Shown here: positions 36,755-39,628 of the stretch, in pieces
Position numbering within the stretch: the first letter of the stretch is position 1
Layout of the letters: every line of letters begins with the position of its first letter
Assembly (NCBI GenBank): GCA_013042025.1
Contig: JABDQY010000114.1
Coordinates: 1-39,628 of the forward strand
Reading direction: 5' to 3'
Length of the DNA: 39,628 nucleotides
From: Bacteroidia bacterium
GTDB taxonomy: Bacteria; Bacteroidota; Bacteroidia; NS11-12g; UBA9320
Translations under genes and position numbers: made by a program
The notes under the pieces: generated by a model
Databases searched by the model: none
Told to the model about the DNA's origin: nothing
Seen by the model: the letters and a program-made list of their open reading frames with translations, nothing else

Positions 36755-38905
36755 ATGTCAGATAAATACAATAAAGAAGAACCTAGCGTTTTACAGAAAA
36801 TTCAAAATCAAACAGGGTGCTTACTCTTGGTAATTGGTGTAGCAATGCTTGCATTTGTTTTAACGGACTTATTTAGTTCTGGAGGAAGTTTATTCAGTTC
36901 AAATAGAAACAGTGTAGGATCAATAGCTGGTGAGCATGTTTCATATGATGAATTTAACAATCAATACGAGTCTCTTAAAGCAGCAGTACTTCAGAATAAT
37001 CCAGGTATTCAAATGAATGAAATGATGGTTGAACAATACAGGCAGCAAGCTTGGGATATGCTTGTAGAATCTAAAGTACAAGAACAAGAATATGCAAAAC
37101 TTGGATTGACTATTAGTCCTGCTGAATTGGAAGATTTAACCATTGGTGAACATACTCATCCGCAAATTCAACAGTCATTTAGAGATCCAGAAACGAATGA
37201 ATTTAATAAATCAAGATTAATACGTTTTCTTAAAGAGGATGTTTATGCAAATCCAGAAGCGAAAGAAAGTTGGGCTCAATTTCAGAAGCAATTTGAGAAA
37301 GGATTAATTACAGAGAAGTATGGGAAACTGATACAAAGCAGCTTTTATACTACTGACTTAGAGGCAAGAAACAATGCTAAGGAAAGTAACTTGACATATA
37401 ATGCTAGCTTAGTAGCAGTATCGTATGAATCAGTTGCTGATTCAACTGTAACTGTTACAGATAGTGATTTATCAAGTTATCTGAAAGAACATGCTGCAGA
37501 ATATGAGCAGGAAGAAAGCAGAGATATAGAGTTTATATCTTTAAAAGTAATTCCATCGAAAGAAGACTCAGCAGGAATGTTGAATTGGGCTAAAGAATCA
37601 ATGGAGCGTTTCTCTACAACAAAAATGGACGACTCGACTTTTGTTAGTTTGTCGAATAGTGAAACTCCATATAATCCAACATATATGGTTAGAGGATCAT
37701 TCCCTCCTGAAGTGGAAAATGATATTTTTAATGCTGAAGTTGGGTCAATCCTTGGACCATACGAAACAGGCGGGGTTTATAGCGTTTACAAAATAAGTGA
37801 TGTAGGTATTGATACTGCTAGATCTGTTAAGGGTAGCCACATTGTATTTAGAATTAATGGTGCATCAGCACAAGACACGCTTACAGCAATGTCAGATGCT
37901 CGTGAATTACTTAGCAAAATTAGAAGTGGGCAAACAACTTTCGAAGAAGAAGCCAAACAAAGAAACTTTGATGCAACAAGAAGTACAGGTGGAGATATGG
38001 GATGGATCCGAGAAGGAAACTATACCTACCCCAAAGAATTAGTTGATAAATTGATGACTGCAGGTAAAGGAAACTATGTAGTTGTGAAAAGCGACAGAGG
38101 TGTACATTTAGCTAAGGCCACGTCAAATGTAAGTAGGAAAACAGTTAAGGCTGCGGCTTTAAGTCAAACGTTGTATGCAAGCACTGCAACTGACGGAAGC
38201 TATTACAGACAAGCTGGAGATTTCCTTACAAAACTTAATGGAGACAAATCTTTTGAGGAAGTTGCTGAGAGTATGGGACTATCAAAACGTGTAGCATCAA
38301 AAATTAATGAAAACGAAAGACGAGTTGCTGGTATATCGAATGGAAATATTGTTGCCAGATGGCTATTTGCTGATGATACGGATGAAGGAGATATTTCAAG
38401 CATATTGGATATCGATGACACATACATTGTTGCAAGAGTATCGAAGGTGAGGGAAGCAGGAATGCCAAAAGTTGATGATATAAGAGACGAAATTGAGACT
38501 AAGGTGAAGAATGAGATAAAGGCAAAACAGATTATTCCAAAGTTTGAGGCAGCAGTTGCTAAATCTTCTGATGCTGAAACGTTAGCAAAGGAATTAGGGA
38601 CTATAGTTTCAGTGGTGCCAGCTGCATCACTTCAATCAGGGAATATCCCATATGTTGGTCAAGATTATATTTTAATGGGAACAATATTTGGAACTCCTCC
38701 TGGAAAGCGATCCGAGATTGTTCAAGGAACATCAGGGGTTGGGGTAGTTTATGTGAACAGCGAAAATCAATATGATATTCCTGATTTGCAATCTAAGAAA
38801 ATAGAAATGAACTCAAACAACCAACAACGTTATGCTGGAAAGGTAAACCAGGCTTTAATGAAGAAAGCAGAAGTTAAGGATACTCGCTACAAATTTTATG
38901 ACTAA
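36755..38905 (+). CDS. ppiD: PpiD-like periplasmic chaperone / peptidyl-prolyl isomerase with an N-terminal TM anchor, a SurA_N-like domain and a parvulin domain
   Basis: The protein is 716 aa. The membrane anchor is GCLLLVIGVAMLAFVLTDLF. The parvulin-like segment reads VKGSHIVFRI...GGDMGWI. Length and architecture match PpiD. Confidence 0.82.
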   Translation: MSDKYNKEEPSVLQKIQNQTGCLLLVIGVAMLAFVLTDLFSSGGSLFSSNRNSVGSIAGEHVSYDEFNNQYESLKAAVLQNNPGIQMNEMMVEQYRQQAWDMLVESKVQEQEYAKLGLTISPAELEDLTIGEHTHPQIQQSFRDPETNEFNKSRLIRFLKEDVYANPEAKESWAQFQKQFEKGLITEKYGKLIQSSFYTTDLEARNNAKESNLTYNASLVAVSYESVADSTVTVTDSDLSSYLKEHAAEYEQEESRDIEFISLKVIPSKEDSAGMLNWAKESMERFSTTKMDDSTFVSLSNSETPYNPTYMVRGSFPPEVENDIFNAEVGSILGPYETGGVYSVYKISDVGIDTARSVKGSHIVFRINGASAQDTLTAMSDARELLSKIRSGQTTFEEEAKQRNFDATRSTGGDMGWIREGNYTYPKELVDKLMTAGKGNYVVVKSDRGVHLAKATSNVSRKTVKAAALSQTLYASTATDGSYYRQAGDFLTKLNGDKSFEEVAESMGLSKRVASKINENERRVAGISNGNIVARWLFADDTDEGDISSILDIDDTYIVARVSKVREAGMPKVDDIRDEIETKVKNEIKAKQIIPKFEAAVAKSSDAETLAKELGTIVSVVPAASLQSGNIPYVGQDYILMGTIFGTPPGKRSEIVQGTSGVGVVYVNSENQYDIPDLQSKKIEMNSNNQQRYAGKVNQALMKKAEVKDTRYKFYD

Positions 38906-39628
38906 TTGAAGTCAGAATGCAATAACATATACTATTCAAAGGTGGGGCGTGGTCCCCACCTTTGTTTTTTACATGGATTTTGCGAGAATCAAACTATATG
39001 GAAGAACTTGGTTGAGAAGCTAAGTGAAAACTATACATGTACGAGTATTGATCTTCCTGGCTTTGGATTTAGTGCTGACTTAAAATTTGGGAGTATTCCT
39101 GAGGTTGTGGTTCAAATCAGAGAACTATTTAAAAAGTTAGATATAATAAATCCAATTTTAATTGGTCATTCAATGGGTGGGTATCTTGTTGCGGAATACA
39201 TTAAGCAATTTGGTGACGAAATTAATGCAGCGGCATTCGTACATTCAAGTACACGTGCAGATAATGTATTAAAAAAACAAAATAGGGAGAAGGTTATAAA
39301 TTTTGTTCTAAAAAATGGGGGAGCTAAATTTTTCCCTTCGTTTGTTGATGGATTGGTTGCAGATAGGAATCGAGAGAAGTATCAAACTGAATTATTGAAT
39401 TTGGTTCAAAATACACCAGATTCGAGCATAATAGACGCCTTAAATGCAATGAAGAACCGAGAAGATCGATTAGATGCCCTTAGTCAATTTGGTAAACCCA
39501 CGCTGTTTATAATGGGAGCAGAAGATAATCACTATTCATCCGAAGAAATATATCATCAGGCTTCGAGATGTAAGTTATCTCAAATAGACATAATTGAGAA
39601 TGTTGGTCATCTCTCAATGTTTGAAAAC
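38906..39628 (+). CDS. Alpha/beta-fold hydrolase. The 5' end uses a non-ATG start and the 3' end runs off the window.
   Basis: This gene is absent from the ORF track because it is cut by the edge. The frame is open from the TTG at 38906 to the window end. The translation reads (M)KSECNNIYYSKVGRGPHLCFLHGFCENQTIW...DLPGFGFS...ILIGHSMGGYLVAEY...GHLSMFE. It has the HGF oxyanion motif and the GHSMGG nucleophile elbow. The start is uncertain, either the TTG at 38906 or the GTG at 38942. There is no in-frame ATG before the catalytic Ser. Confidence 0.75.
   Translation, partial: MKSECNNIYYSKVGRGPHLCFLHGFCENQTIWKNLVEKLSENYTCTSIDLPGFGFSADLKFGSIPEVVVQIRELFKKLDIINPILIGHSMGGYLVAEYIKQFGDEINAAAFVHSSTRADNVLKKQNREKVINFVLKNGGAKFFPSFVDGLVADRNREKYQTELLNLVQNTPDSSIIDALNAMKNREDRLDALSQFGKPTLFIMGAEDNHYSSEEIYHQASRCKLSQIDIIENVGHLSMFEN
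38938..38970 (+). terminator. Terminator-like hairpin with T-run immediately after ppiD, lying inside the next reading frame
   Basis: The sequence is AAAGGTGGGG-CGTGGT-CCCCACCTTT followed by GTTTTTT. The stem is 10 bp, 7 of them G/C-rich. Confidence 0.55.

Noticed and set aside
1-39628. CRISPR arrays, tandem repeats, IS elements, prophage genes and known defence or toxin-antitoxin modules
   Set aside because: Intergenic gaps are all 160 nt or less, apart from the tRNA region, and I read each of them. None contains repeat-spacer structure or long terminal inverted repeats. No ORF translation shows transposase, integrase, nuclease-defence or toxin hallmarks.

Overview
The window is compact, low-GC chromosomal DNA that looks like Bacteroidota, probably a Flavobacteriia-like organism. 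The taxon is inferred only from sequence hallmarks. These are T9SS type A and type B C-terminal sorting domains, recurring TAnnTTTG -7 promoter boxes (often followed by CA), a fused BCKDH E1 alpha/beta gene, a Reg_prop/Y_Y_Y LytS-type kinase with a LytTR regulator, and almost no Shine-Dalgarno-like sequences. I can support 33 protein genes, two of which run off the window edges and are absent from the ORF track, plus one tRNA-Asp(GTC), four intrinsic-terminator-like hairpins and a set of -7 boxes.

Most of the content is housekeeping: dtd, hppD, nadK, pabA/trpG, BCKDH E1, feoAB, comM/yifB, ugd-uxs, waaA, lysS and ppiD. I saw no CRISPR array, integrase, transposase, phage genes or recognisable defence, toxin or RiPP genes.

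I cannot point to a clear-cut undescribed system. The best candidates are:
- an operon joining a tiny T9SS-sorted acidic protein to a LytTR regulator and a propeller sensor kinase (10974-15286);
- a run of three secreted beta-propeller proteins that mix type B, type A and no T9SS tags (27779-36614);
- a neighbourhood of secreted thioredoxin-fold proteins and a 10-Cys lipoprotein (18848-20612);
- widespread leaderless-type promoter/start-codon geometry, including GTG starts;
- a terminator-like hairpin inside the first 22 codons of a hydrolase gene that has no in-frame ATG (38906-38970).

All functional links are inference and need synteny, structure or transcriptome checks.
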